Shown here in pieces: positions 47,101-59,200 of a stretch of DNA of 64,000 bases. Position numbers and translations under genes: made by a program. Source of the stretch: Candidatus Marinacidobacterales bacterium (GTDB taxonomy: Bacteria > Acidobacteriota > Vicinamibacteria > Marinacidobacterales > DATDRI01). Within the stretch, counting starts at the first letter, position 1, and every line of letters begins with the position of its first letter. The stretch spans positions 544,001-608,000 of the forward strand of contig OZ245365.1 in the NCBI GenBank assembly GCA_965226495.1, given 5' to 3'. A model generated the notes under the pieces. The model was not told the origin of the DNA and searched no databases. It worked only from the letters and a program-made list of their open reading frames with translations.

Positions 47101-50100
47101 CGAGGCAGGCTCCTCCAACGCGAGTCATCTCAACACGGCGAACCTCGTTACCGGCAACTTCCAGCTCAACTGGACCTGCTATGACGACGCTGCCCTGAAC
47201 GATACTGTCGTAATCAACGGGTACACGACGGGAGCCAGCAGCTACATCCACATCTATACACCGACCGCGACTAACGAAGTCGGAATCTCCCAACGTCACA
47301 CCGGAGTCGCAGGAACGGGATTCCGCCTAGTTCCGGTAACCAGTACCCCACCAAGTCTCATACGGGTTTTGCGTATCCAAGATGAGCACGTCCGCGTCAC
47401 CGGGATCGAGATCGATGGCTCCAGCATTACAAATGGCCAAGAGTTAGAGGGAGTTTCAACCTCTAACTCACTCACTGGGGCATCCGACATTCGACTCGAC
47501 AAACTCATTGTCCACGATATTCGCAGCGAGGACGGCGGCGGCGGAGATGCCGATCCGATTGGCGTTCATATCGGTGGCGGAAACGTCAAGCTCAGCAACT
47601 CGATCATCTATGACATCGCGCAAAGCACCGCCCAGGCTAACGCCGACGCTTACGGAAGTCGCACGTCCGGCGTCGCCAACAACGTCTTCTACCATAACAA
47701 TACGATCTTCAATATCAAGAACACCGGCAACACTCGCTCCGCTTGGGGAATCCAGCGCAGTGTCGGTACGGTCACTGCCAAGAACAATGCCGTATTGGAT
47801 GTGGAATCGACGAGCGGGGGAGAAGCGTGCTTCAACGGGGCGATGACGCAGAGCAATAATGTCTCCTCGGATGCCACCGCCGTCGGTCCCCAGAACCAAA
47901 CGTCGTACGCCACGTATTTCCAGAACATCACCAACGGCAGTGAGAATCTTCACCTGCGCAATGACTCGAACGCCCTTTGGGGCTCGTTCGGCGCCGATTT
48001 GGACACCGACCCCAATCTGCCGGTCACCGAAGATGTCGATGCAGAGGCCAGGGATGTTTCCACCCCTGACATTGGCGCCGATGAGTTCGCAGGCGCGGTG
48101 GGGGCGGGCGTCATTTACTACTCGGTGGGGACGGACAACACCGCACTTTATTCGGACACGGCGTCGGCGTCGGCCGGGACTCTCACGCTGACCAGTCCTG
48201 CCGTCGACAAAATCGGAGTGGGTGACGAGATACGGGAAGGGGCGAATCGCTACTACATCACCGGTCGAACCTCGGCAACCGAGTTTACGATCCAGAACTC
48301 CGCCGCGAACGGAGGCACACCGGGCGATACCAGCATTACCTTCGCCTCCACCGCGATCACTATTTTCCGGGCCTTCAACGGCCTCTCGGCGACCCAAGCT
48401 GGCTCGTCCGACGCCAACCATCTCGCTACGTCTAACCTCGTTACCGGCAACTTTCAGCTCAACTGGGCATGCTACAACGACGGGCCTATGAGCGACGTTC
48501 TCAGCGACTGGAACGGCGTTTCGATCACCGGTTGGACGACTGGGGTGAGCAACTACATTCGAATGTTCGCACCGGTCACGGCGACTGAAGTGGGAACCTC
48601 CCAACGGCATAGCGGAACAGCCGGCTCCGGATTCCGTTACGTCCCCAGTACGGCCACCCCTCAGGTCACCTTCAGTCTCGTGGACGTACAAGCGGATCAC
48701 TTTCGCATCGAAGGTATCGAGATCGATGGCTCTAGTGTTTCAAACGGACAGGGGGTCCAAGCAATTGGCACATTTGGCGTTACCACGGCCGGGAGCGATC
48801 TCTGGTTCGACAAACTGCTCATTCACAGCCTCACCAATACGACCGACGGTATCGTCAGAGCAATCTCCCTTCAAGATGGCAATCTCAAGCTGAGCAATTC
48901 CATTATCTATGGATTAACGAGTGTAGGAACAACGGCCACTAACTATGCGATAGGAGTTGAGCTAAACGAAGCGGCCGGAACTTTCTACATTCACAACAAT
49001 ACTATCTACAACATCAAACAAACTGCCGGCGCCGGTGGCGCAAACGCGTACGGGATAGTGCGATGGCCCGCCGCCGGTGCCACGACCGTCAAGAACACGT
49101 ACGTCGGAGACGTGAATTCTATATTGGGGTCAGAGTGGGATTTCAACGGTATCACGACCCAGAGCAACAACGTCTCCTCAGACGCCACCGCGGCGGGTGC
49201 TGGAAGCCAGGTAAACAAAGCGGCGTACGCGACCTACTTCCAGAACATCACTGCCGGCAGCGAGAATCTTCACCTTCGCAATGACTCCAACACCCTTTGG
49301 GGCTCGTTCGGCGCCGATCTAGACAGCGATCCCAACCTGCCGATCACCGATGATATAGATGGAGATGTTAGAGATGCCTCCACCCCTGACATTGGCGCCG
49401 ATGAGTTCACAGGCGCGGTGGGTGCGGGCGTCATTTACTACTCGGTGGGGACGGACAATACCGCGCTCTACTCGGGCAACGCCTCGGCGTCGAGCGGAAC
49501 GTTGACGCTGGCGAGCGCTGCGGTCGACAAGATCGGGGTGGGCGACGAGATACGGCTAGGAGCGAATCGGTACTACATCACCGGCCGGAACTCGTCGACC
49601 GAGTTTACGCTTCAAGACTCCGCGGCCAATGGAGGCACACCGGGCGATACGAATATCAACTTCGCGTCTACCGCGATCACGATCTTCCGAGCCTTCAACG
49701 ACTTGGACACCGCGACCACCGGCTCCGCGGACGCCAACCACCTCAACACCAGTAACCTCGTTGCCGGCGACTTCCAGCTCAACTGGGTCGGTTACAACGA
49801 CGGCCCTGACCCCTCGTGGAGGCCTGCCATCGAGGAGCCCTGGGTTACCGGAGCATCTAACTACATCCGATTATTCACGCCCACCGATCCAAGCCAAGTG
49901 GGAGTATCACAGAGGCACACCGGCACCGCTGGCACCGGATATCGAATCCGTCCCGTGGGATCAGCCATTGGTATAAGTCACTTCAACTTCGTGTTCATCA
50001 GCACCGACAACGGTTACGTACGATTGGAAGGTATTGAAATTGACGGCTCCGGGCTTACCAACGCCGAAAACATCCGGGGTATTTATATCAATGATCCTGC

Positions 50101-53100
50101 GCCAGGCACAGGGGAAGACGTTCGGATTTCCCATAGCCTTATCCATGATTTAGTCAATACCACGATCGATGATTCGGATCAGAGCAAAATCCTCGCTCTC
50201 TATGTAGACCAAACCAACAATACAAAGATCTCGAATAATGTCGTCTACCATCTCCTCAATGTCTCGACCAATGCGGCGAGCGAGACGACAGGACTAGACA
50301 GTGTGGTAGGCGGAACGACACATTATGTCTTTAACAATACGTTTTACGATATTCAGAGCACCGCAACTACCCAACAGGCACGCGGGATTTGGGATAGTGT
50401 TGGTTCGACGCTTGACGTCCAAAACAACTATGTAGGACTTGTAGACAGCGTCGGGGGATTGGAGGCCTGTTTCGTGGGGCCTTTTGCAAACGAGAACAAC
50501 AATGTGTCCTCCGACGCGACCGCCGCCGGCACCGACAGCCAGACCAACCAGTCGGCCTATGCCTCCTACTTCGTAGACACGACGGGTGGTAGCGAGAACC
50601 TCCATCTAATCAACGACTCCAACACGCTTTGGGGCTCGTTCGGCGCCGATCTAGACACCGATCCCAACCTGCCGGTCACCGATGACGTCGACGCCGATGC
50701 TCGGGATGCGTCGACCCCGGATATCGGCGCCGACGAGTTCAGTAATCCGGTCATTGTTACTTTCTATTCGGTGGGGACGGACAACACCGCCCTTTACTCG
50801 GACACCGGGTCCGCGTCGAGCGGTACGTTAACCCTGAACAGCGCTGCCGTGGACAAGATCGGAGTGGGCGACGAGATACGGGAAGGAGCGAACCGCTACT
50901 ACATCACCGGGCGCATCTCAGCCACCCAGTTTACGATTCAGAACTCCGCCGCGAATGGAGGCACACCGGGCGATACGAATATTACCTTCGGGTTAACCGC
51001 GATCACGATTTTTCGGGCCTTCAACACCCTCACCGCGGCCGAGGCGGGCTCCCTAGATGGCAGCCATCTCGGGACTGCGAACCTCGTCGTGAGCAATTTC
51101 CAACTCAACTGGACCTGCTATAACGATACTGCCCTCGACGATACCGTCTTCATCAACGGGTACACGACCGGGCCGAACAACTACATTCACATCTACACGC
51201 CCACGACGACGAGCGAAGTCGGGACCTCTCAGCGCCACGACGGAACGGCGGGAACTGGATTTCGCATGGTACCGGTAACCAGTACTCCGTCCAGTCTCGT
51301 GAACTTTGTCCGTATCGATGATGATCATGTCCGTATCACAGGCATCGAAATCGATGGCTCGAGCATTACCAACGCCCAAGAAATTACTGGAGTGTCAATC
51401 TCCAGTTCGGTTTCACCCTCGTCCGATATTCGATTGGATAAACTCATTATTCACGACATTCAAAGCCAGGACGGTACCGGCGGCGACGCTGATCCGATTG
51501 GCATCCATATTGGTGACGGAAATGTAAGGCTCAGTAACTCGATCATCTATGACATCGTGCAGACGACGGTGAACGTTGATGCCTGGCCACGAGGAGTGCG
51601 CATAAATTCCGGCAACCACTACCTTCACAACAATACGATCTTCAATATCAAGAACACCGGCAACGCCCTAGATGCCTATGGGATCGCAAGTGCTGGCACG
51701 GTGACCGTCAAGAGTACCGTCGTTTTAGATGTCGTGGCGTCCGGTGGACCACAAGCGTGCTTCAGCGGCGCGCTCACTCAAAGCAACAACGTCTCTTCAG
51801 GCGCCACTGCGGTCGGGCCCCAGAATCAATCGGGCCCGTACACCAACTATTTCGTAGACGTTAGCGACGGTACGGAGGACCTTCACCTGTTGAACGACTC
51901 GAACTCCCTCTGGGGTTCCTTCGGCGCCGACCTCGACAGCGATCCCAACCTTCCTATCACCGACGATATCGACGGCGGCGTGCGGGATGCGTCGACCCCA
52001 GATATCGGGGCTGATGAATTTGGTGCCGCCCCGGGGTCACTGACGCTGGCCGACCACGGCGCCACGCAAGTTGGGGACCAGTTCACTATCCAGGCTTCGG
52101 TCACCGACGTTTTGTTCCGTCTCAACCTCAGTCGCTCCGGTACGGTGACCGTCGACAACATTCGCGTCAATTTCACCGTCGCAGGAGGCGTGGCGAACGG
52201 CGATGTCAGCAACGGTGAGCTGTACCGCGACGTGAACAACAACGGCGTCTTCGACAGCGGGACCGACACACTCGTTCTGGGCAGCGTGACGCCGGTGGCC
52301 GGTGTCCTCGCCTTCAACAGTTTGAGCGAAGACCCGGGTGCCGGAACGAACTATATCGTCCGCGCCACCGTCAACAGTCTTAATGCCGGCGACACGACCA
52401 CGTTATCGGTCGGCACGGCGGACATCGATCTCGTGCAGGGGGGAGTCCTCGAATCGGGCTCGATCACGAACGCCGTGCACACCCGGGACGCTGGCGCCAT
52501 CATCTATTACTCGGTGGGGACGGACAACACCGCCCTTTACTCGGACACCGCTTCGGCATCGACAGGGGTCCTCACCCTGAATAGCGCTGCCGCCGACAAC
52601 ATCGGGGTGGGCGACGAGATACGAGAAGGTGCGAATCGCTACTACATCACTGGGCGCATTTCAGCGACCGAGTTCACGATCCAGGACTCGGCAGCGAATG
52701 GCGGCACGCCGGGCGATTCGAATATTAACTTCGCGCTGACTGGGATTACGATTTTCAGGGCGTTCAACACTCTCACGCTAGCCGAGGCGAACTCTCCAGA
52801 CGTTGACCATCTCAATACCTCCGACCTCGTCGCCGGCAACTTCCAGCTCAACTGGACTTGCTATGACGATCTTGCCCTGGATGACACGGCGATCATTGAC
52901 GGATATACCACGGGGGCCAGCAACTACATTCACATCTATACGCCGACGGCGACGAGTGAAGTCGGTGTCTCCCAACGTCACATCGGGGTCGCAGGAACGG
53001 GATTTCGCATAGCGCCCATCACCGCGGCTCCAGCCGATCCTCTAGAAATCATCGATATCCGCGATGATCATGTCCGCATCACCGGGATCGAGTTCGATGG

Positions 53101-56100
53101 TTCTGGTATTACGAATGGCAGGGCGATTAAGGGAATCGAGGTCGACGCTTCCGTTGCTGCTTCCGGTGACCTTCGATTTAACAAGCTCATCATTCACGAT
53201 CTTCAGAGTCAGGACGGAACTGGCTCAGACGCTGATATATATGGCTTCAGACTCGTTAACGGAAATGTGAGGATCAGCAATTCGATTATCTATGACCTCG
53301 AGCAGACCACAGCGCTTAACAATGCCTCCGCTCTTGGAGTGAGGACATCCGGTGGATCGAGCCACTATCTCCATAACAATACCATCTTCAACATAAAGAA
53401 CACCGGGACTGGCACGGTACTACTTTCGGAGTCAGTGCATCCGGCGGTACGGTCACTGCCAAGAACACCGTTGTTCTAGATGTTGCCGGACTTGGTACCG
53501 TAGCGTGCTTTGACGGCGCGATCACCCAAAGCAACAACGTCTCCTCGGATGCCACCGCCACGGGGGCGGGTAGCCAGATCAACCAGCTCTCCTACGCTAC
53601 TTACTTTGTAAGCACGATTGCCGGCAGTGAAAATCTTCACCTGCTAAACGACTCGAACACCCTTTGGGGCTCGTTCGGGGCGGATCTGGATAGCGATCCC
53701 GACCTTCCGGTCACGGATGACATCGACGGGGCGGCGCGTGACGCTTCGACTCCGGACATCGGTGCAGACGAGTTTGGCGCCGGCGGACCCTGCATTCCCA
53801 CCATTAACTTCCGGTCGATCGGTATCGATACCAACCCGCTCGCCAACACGGGCACGGCCTCGGTGGCGCTAGGCGGCACGGTGGTCACCCTCAGCGTGGC
53901 TTTGCCATCGAATATCGGCAGGGGGGATCGGATCTGGCTCGATACCAGCGGTGTCAACGAGGAGCGGTTCATCCTGGTTCGCAACTCTGATACGCAGGTG
54001 ACGTTGCAGCAGCCGGCACAGAATGACCACAGCGGTGGCGTGTCCTACAGCATAGAGCGTGCTTACTCGGGCGCAGACCCCATTCAGGCCTGGGAAACGG
54101 CGCGCCAAGGAGATCTCGTTGCTCAGAACCGAAGGGAAATCGGTGTCGCCTATAACGATGGTGTTCTCACCAATGGCGTGGATATTGTGGGCTCGACCAC
54201 CGACGCGTGCCACTTCATGTGGCTTACCGTGGCCGAGGGGGACCGCCATAGCGGTGTCGCGGGTACTGGGGCTCTTATCGACTCGAGCAGTGAGGGCGAT
54301 CCGCTCGTCGGTGAGATCGAGATTTTTGACCCCTACACGGTCGTCGACTGGTTCGAGGTTACGGGAGTCAACGGAAATAGCACCAATGCCGGCGTCAGGG
54401 TCAGCGCCAGCGCTACCAACATAAGCCTCTCCAATCTCATCGTTCACGGAAATCAGAACGGAGTGCGCGGCTCCGGCACCGGTACTAAAAGCTTCACCAT
54501 CCGAAACTCCATCATCTATGACAATGTGGAGGCTGGTATCGAAGGCGATGAGGCCGGCGACACCGTTCTCGTCGAGAACTGTACTGTTTACAAGAATCCG
54601 TCGCGCGGTGTGGCTGCGACAGATGCGGACATGACGGTCACCAACACGATCTCGGTGAACAACGCTCCCGGGCCCGACTTTAGTGTCGGGGTTGGAACTC
54701 TAACGCAAACCAACAACATTTCGTCCGACGGCACCGCGGCGGGCACGGGCCCGCTGACGGGCCGCACCGCGACCGACAATCCCACCCCCGGTGCGGGTAA
54801 CTGGGTCATCTTCCGAAGCCTCACCGCGGGCGTTGAAAACCTCCACCTCCAAACCGGTGCTGAAAATGATGCCATCGATGCCGGTACCGACTTGTCTTCC
54901 TTCTTTGCGAATGACATCGACAACGAGCTGCGCCCCGGCGGAGCTTGGGACATTGGAGCGGATGAGCTGGCGGCCACGTTGATGGTTACCGGCAAGTACA
55001 CGGGCGACGGTGGTGCCGGTCGGCAGATCACGGGACTCGGCTTCCAACCGGACGTGGTCCTCATCAAGGTTGACTACCTGGCAGCGGCCGCGGACGATTC
55101 GGCCGCGATCATGAAGACGGCGACCATGAGCGGCGCCAACTCGAAGCCCCTCCATGCGGCACAAACCTTTCGAACCGACTTGATCACGTCGCTCGATGCC
55201 GATGGATTCACAGTTGACAACACACTCAATGTCAACGCTCTGAACAGCTGCGGTGCCGGAAGCGACCCATGCGAATATCACTGGATTGCCTGGAAAGCCG
55301 GCGCGGACATGAAGCTCGGGACCTACACCGGAAATGGCACGACACAGTCGATTACCGGGGCCGGCTTTTCACCCGATTACCTAGTCGTCATGGCGGAGAC
55401 GAATCTCCGGCCCGTCCATCGTAACAGCTTGACAGGTGCCTGGAGTTCAAGGTTCGGGCCGGGAGGTTTTTCTGCAGACGCCATTACTTCACTCGACGCA
55501 GACGGCTTCAGTCTAGGGAACAGCGTCACTGAACCGGCAAACCACCCGAACGAATCGGGCGTGACTTACCACTACGCGGTCTGGAACGAGGTGGCCGGGC
55601 AAATGGATGTCGGCATCTACCCGGGAGATGACAGCGACGACAAAGATATCAACGGCGTTGGCTTTCAGCCCGAGTTCGTGATGGTGCAGGCGTACGACGA
55701 CAGTAAGGACGGCCGGATGAAGAGCGATACCATGACCATTGGTGCCTCTGACGACGCTTCGATGAGCTTCCGGGGAGGCCTCGTAAACAATGTCATCCAG
55801 GACCTCACCACCGACGGCTTCCAAATCGGCTCTGACACTACCATCAACGACTCTTCAATCAATTACTTTTATGCCGCCTTCAACGCGATACCGAACCTCG
55901 CAACGGCGGTCGAGCTCGTTTCCTTCACGGCGACCGGTCTCGACGGCGAGGTTTCGCTGGAGTGGGAGACGGGTTCGGAGCTGGATAACCTGGGATTCCA
56001 TCTGTACCGGTCGCTTTCCGTGGAGGGTCCGTACGAGCAGATCACGGCCAGCGTGATTCCTGGGCTCGGTTCTTCTCCTGAGGGAGCGAAGTACGCGTAC

Positions 56101-58950
56101 CGCGATTCGGGCCTCACCAACGGCGTGGCCTACTACTACAAGTTGGAAGACATCGAGACGACGGGAGTGACAGAGCTCCATGGCCCGATCTCGGCAACCC
56201 CGAGCTCGGAAGTTGTGGTCGAAGGCGGCTCCGAAGGCGAGGAAGGTTCGACCGGAGAAGACCTCGGTGACCTGACGTCTCGCATCACCTACGGGGATCC
56301 GTTGGCGAATGAGCTGAAGGTACGCCGCCGCGGCAAGAAGTGGATGGAGCTCGAGCTTATCACCGAAGGCTTCTATGCCATCCCGCAAGACGATGGCTCG
56401 GTGTTGCTGGAGGTTCCTGGCTTCGAAGACTTCGGTGGTCCGGACCTACCGGATGTACCGGTCTACCGCACGTGGCAGGATGTCCTGGCGGGACGCAACG
56501 TGAAGGTGGCGTCGGTGAAGGTCGGCGGAGTGGCGGAGTTTGCGAGCCTGCGCCCGAGCTCCTCGGAGCTCGTCGTCGTGGCTTCGGGAGACGGCACGGT
56601 TTCGACCGGGCGCCGGCGTAGGAAGCGCCGCCAGCCACCTCATGTTTACTACCCCGAGTCGTGGGCCAAGCTGATGAGCGTGGGCTTCCAAGGTCCTGCG
56701 AAAAAGGCGTTGGTCGAGATGGCCCCGCTTCGGTGGGATGCTACGGCCGAGCGATTGGTGCTGGCCCGCCGTGTGGTGGTGCGTATCTCGTTCAAGGGCA
56801 AAGACAAGGCAGAGCTGAAGCTCGGCAAGAGTCACCGAGAAGTCGGAAGCCATGCGAACCGGAGCGTCTATGCCCGCATCGCGGTGACCGAGCCCGGACT
56901 CTATGGGGTGAGCTACGAGTCGGTATTCGGAAAGAGGCGAAAGGCCATCAAGACCAGCTCCTTGAGACTGAGCCGTCAGGGTGAGCCGGTGGCGTTTTTC
57001 GTGAGTCCGAACGCGAAGAAGTTCAAGAAGAACTCGAAGCTGTACTTCTTGAGTGATGGGGCGGCTTTGAATCCGTATGGTCACGAAGCGGTCTATGAGC
57101 TCGAAGCCAGCCAACAAGGCCTCCAGATGGAGTCCTTGAATGGAAGCCCAGTGGGAGCCCCCACCAGTTTCTACTGGAAGACGTTGAAGCGGGAAGAGAA
57201 CCTGCTCTACCAAGCTGCTTTCGAGGGAGAAGAAGACATCTGGCAGTGGGATTGGCTATTCGGTCCGATGACGAACGGCTATCCGTTCGAAGTGACAAAT
57301 CTGTCGCCCGTGGCCGAAAACTCGAAACTGAGAGTGTGGCTCCACGGAGCGAGTGACTTCCCGGAGGATCCGGATCATCACGTGCGTCTCTACGTGAACG
57401 GAACGCTCCTGACCGAGACGTGGTGGGACGGCGAGACGCCGCACTTCGTGGAAACCGAACTAGGTCCTGGTCTACTCCAAGAAGGCGAGAACACGCTCGA
57501 GATAGAAGAGGTCGGGGACACGGAAGCTCAGTACTCGATGGTGATGCTGGACCGTTTCGAGGTGAGCTACCCGGCCCAGCTGGTAGCGGAAGCGGGCGAG
57601 CTCAAGGGCAGTTTCAGCGAATCGGGAGTGGCGACTATCACGAGTCCGCCCGGGAACCTTTTCGACGTGACGGATCCAGAACCGAAACGGGTCACCGGAT
57701 TCCAAGCGGTCCAAGAAGGATTGAGCTATCAAGCCGAATCGGGTCATCGCTATCTATTGACGAGCTCGGTGAAGACTCCCGAAGTGAGGCGCGCACAGCC
57801 TGCAGGTCTGAAAAAGGCGTGGAGCCGAGCGGAGTATCTAGTCATCGGTCCGCGAGAGTTTCTGGCTGCCGCGGAGCCTCTGCTGTTCCATCGTCGAGAC
57901 GAGGGCCTGATATCGGGAGCGATTGCAACGGAAGACATCTATGACGAGTTCGGATACGGTGAGGCGACGCCGGAGTCGATCAAGGACTTCCTGAGCTACG
58001 TCTACCACCACTGGAGCGAGCCGACATTAAGGTACGTCCTCTTACTCGGAGACGGGACCTACGATACCAAGGACTATTTGGCCACAGGTGTGAAGAGCCA
58101 GGTCCCAGTAAAGATTCTCAAGACGCAGTTCGTGTGGACCGCATCGGATCCGTGGTACGGAGCCATCAATGGCGAGGACATACTTCCGGATGTGGCGGTG
58201 GGGAGGCTTCCGGCGGCGTCGTTCGAAGAGGCGCAGCGACTGGTCGCGAAGATCCTTGAGTACGAGAGAGAGCCCTCAGCTCCCGCGCAGTCGCCTGACG
58301 ACGGAGCGGGGGGCGCTGGGGGTGGGGCCCCGGCGCCATTGAGTAACGCAAGCAGACTCACTGGTCCGATCGTCCTGATTGCCGACAACCCGGATGCAGC
58401 CGGGAACTTCGTGTCGGATGCCGAATCGCTGTCCTCGACGGTGCTTTCTGGAGAGGATGTCCGGAAGATCTACTTGACCGATCTCGGATCGGCGGGAGCC
58501 CGAAGTGCCGTGCTTCAGGCCTTCGACGACGGAGCATCCCTCATTAGTTATATGGGGCACGGGGCGATTCATCTCTGGGCGAACGAGAACTTGCTCAACA
58601 TCTGGGATGTGGATTCACTATCACCACAATCTCAGCAACCGTTCCTTCTAACGATGAACTGCCTGAACGGGTACTTCCACTTCCCGTACTTCAACTCCTT
58701 GTCGGAAGAGCTTCTGAAGGCGGAGGGGAAGGGCATCATCGCGGCCTTCTCGCCGACCGGCTTGAGTCTCAACGGGCCGGCGCATCGATTCCACAAGGCT
58801 CTACTCGACCATGTCGTCAATCAGCAGCACGAGCGATTGGGAGATGCAGTACTGGCGGGCCAGGCCGCTTATGCCGAGACGGGAGCCTTCCCGGAGCTTC
58901 TGAGCATCTACCATCTGCTGGGGGATCCGGCCCTTCGAATGCGACAGTAA
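41147..58950 (+). CDS. Giant modular secreted protein (~5,930 aa) with C-terminal C25 peptidase; 1-nt frameshift at ~53415
   Basis: Sec signal, Asp-box propeller, repeat modules, TAVELVSFTA domain, C25 core (YVLLLGDG, DVAVGRLP, SYMGHG, TMNCLNGYF, LLGDPAL). The repeat continues in the frame of ORF 53863..58950 from 53416 with no stop. Confidence 0.88.
42425..43327 (+). repeat. Module A, two tandem ~150-aa copies (others at ~52040, ~60929, ~63065)
   Basis: LTL.DH...QV.D.FT....VTDVLFRF.L.RSGTVTVDNIRVNFT...GELYRDVNN.G...TNY.VRATV..L...DTTT.S...HTQD. Confidence 0.9.
45491..53775 (+). repeat. Module D, six ~435-445-aa repeats with predicted beta-helix cores
   Basis: Units start with (F/Y)YSVGTDNTALYS at ~45491, 46823, 48116, 49436, 50762, 52505 and end with PDIGADE; NNIIY/NNTIF-type stacks in the centre. 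Confidence 0.92.
58279..58360. repeat. In-frame palindromic insertion in the C25 domain
   Basis: Hairpin GGCGCTGGGG-GTGGGG-CCCCGGCGCC (58312-58337) plus GCTCC...GGAGC and TGAGT...ACTCA; encodes APAQSPDDGAGGAGGGAPAPLSNASRL. Confidence 0.55.
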
Positions 58951-59044
58951 GCAACCCCGCTTCACTCTGCGGGTGTTTCCCCACGTTCGTCCCGTAAACT
59001 CGACCTACGTAAGGTTTTGTCGGTGCGAGGGAGCATCCCACCAC

Positions 59045-59173
59045 ATATGGGGAAATCGGACAAAATCGTGGCCGGTTCCCCACAGAACGGTCACGCGCGC
59101 CAGAGTAGAAACGCACCTAACCGATTGATTTTAAAGGGTCCACGGTGCGCCCCCAGGAGGCACGCCTCTTGCT
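59045..59173 (+). promoter_or_regulatory. Sigma54 promoter with upstream motif and IHF site (giant gene 2)
   Basis: AGGCACGCCTCTTGCT at 59158; TAACCGATTGATT at 59118 (exact reverse complement of WATCAANNNNTTR); ATATGGGGA-N13-CGTGGCC-N3-TCCCCACA at 59045. Confidence 0.82.
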
Positions 59174-59200
59174 TTATTAGGCTCGACTGGAGGTACGCGT

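Noticed and set aside
53400-53430. Programmed ribosomal frameshift or phase-variable tract
   Set aside because: No slippery heptamer or homopolymer at the shift; only a trivial TACTAC.
45491-53775. CRISPR array or diversity-generating retroelement
   Set aside because: Repeats are ~1.3-kb coding units. No cas or reverse transcriptase genes, and differences are not adenine-specific.
58953-58985. Hairpin or degenerate TGC-N12-ACG motif after giant gene 1
   Set aside because: Only a 5-bp stem with a short T run; terminator, extra enhancer site and chance cannot be told apart.
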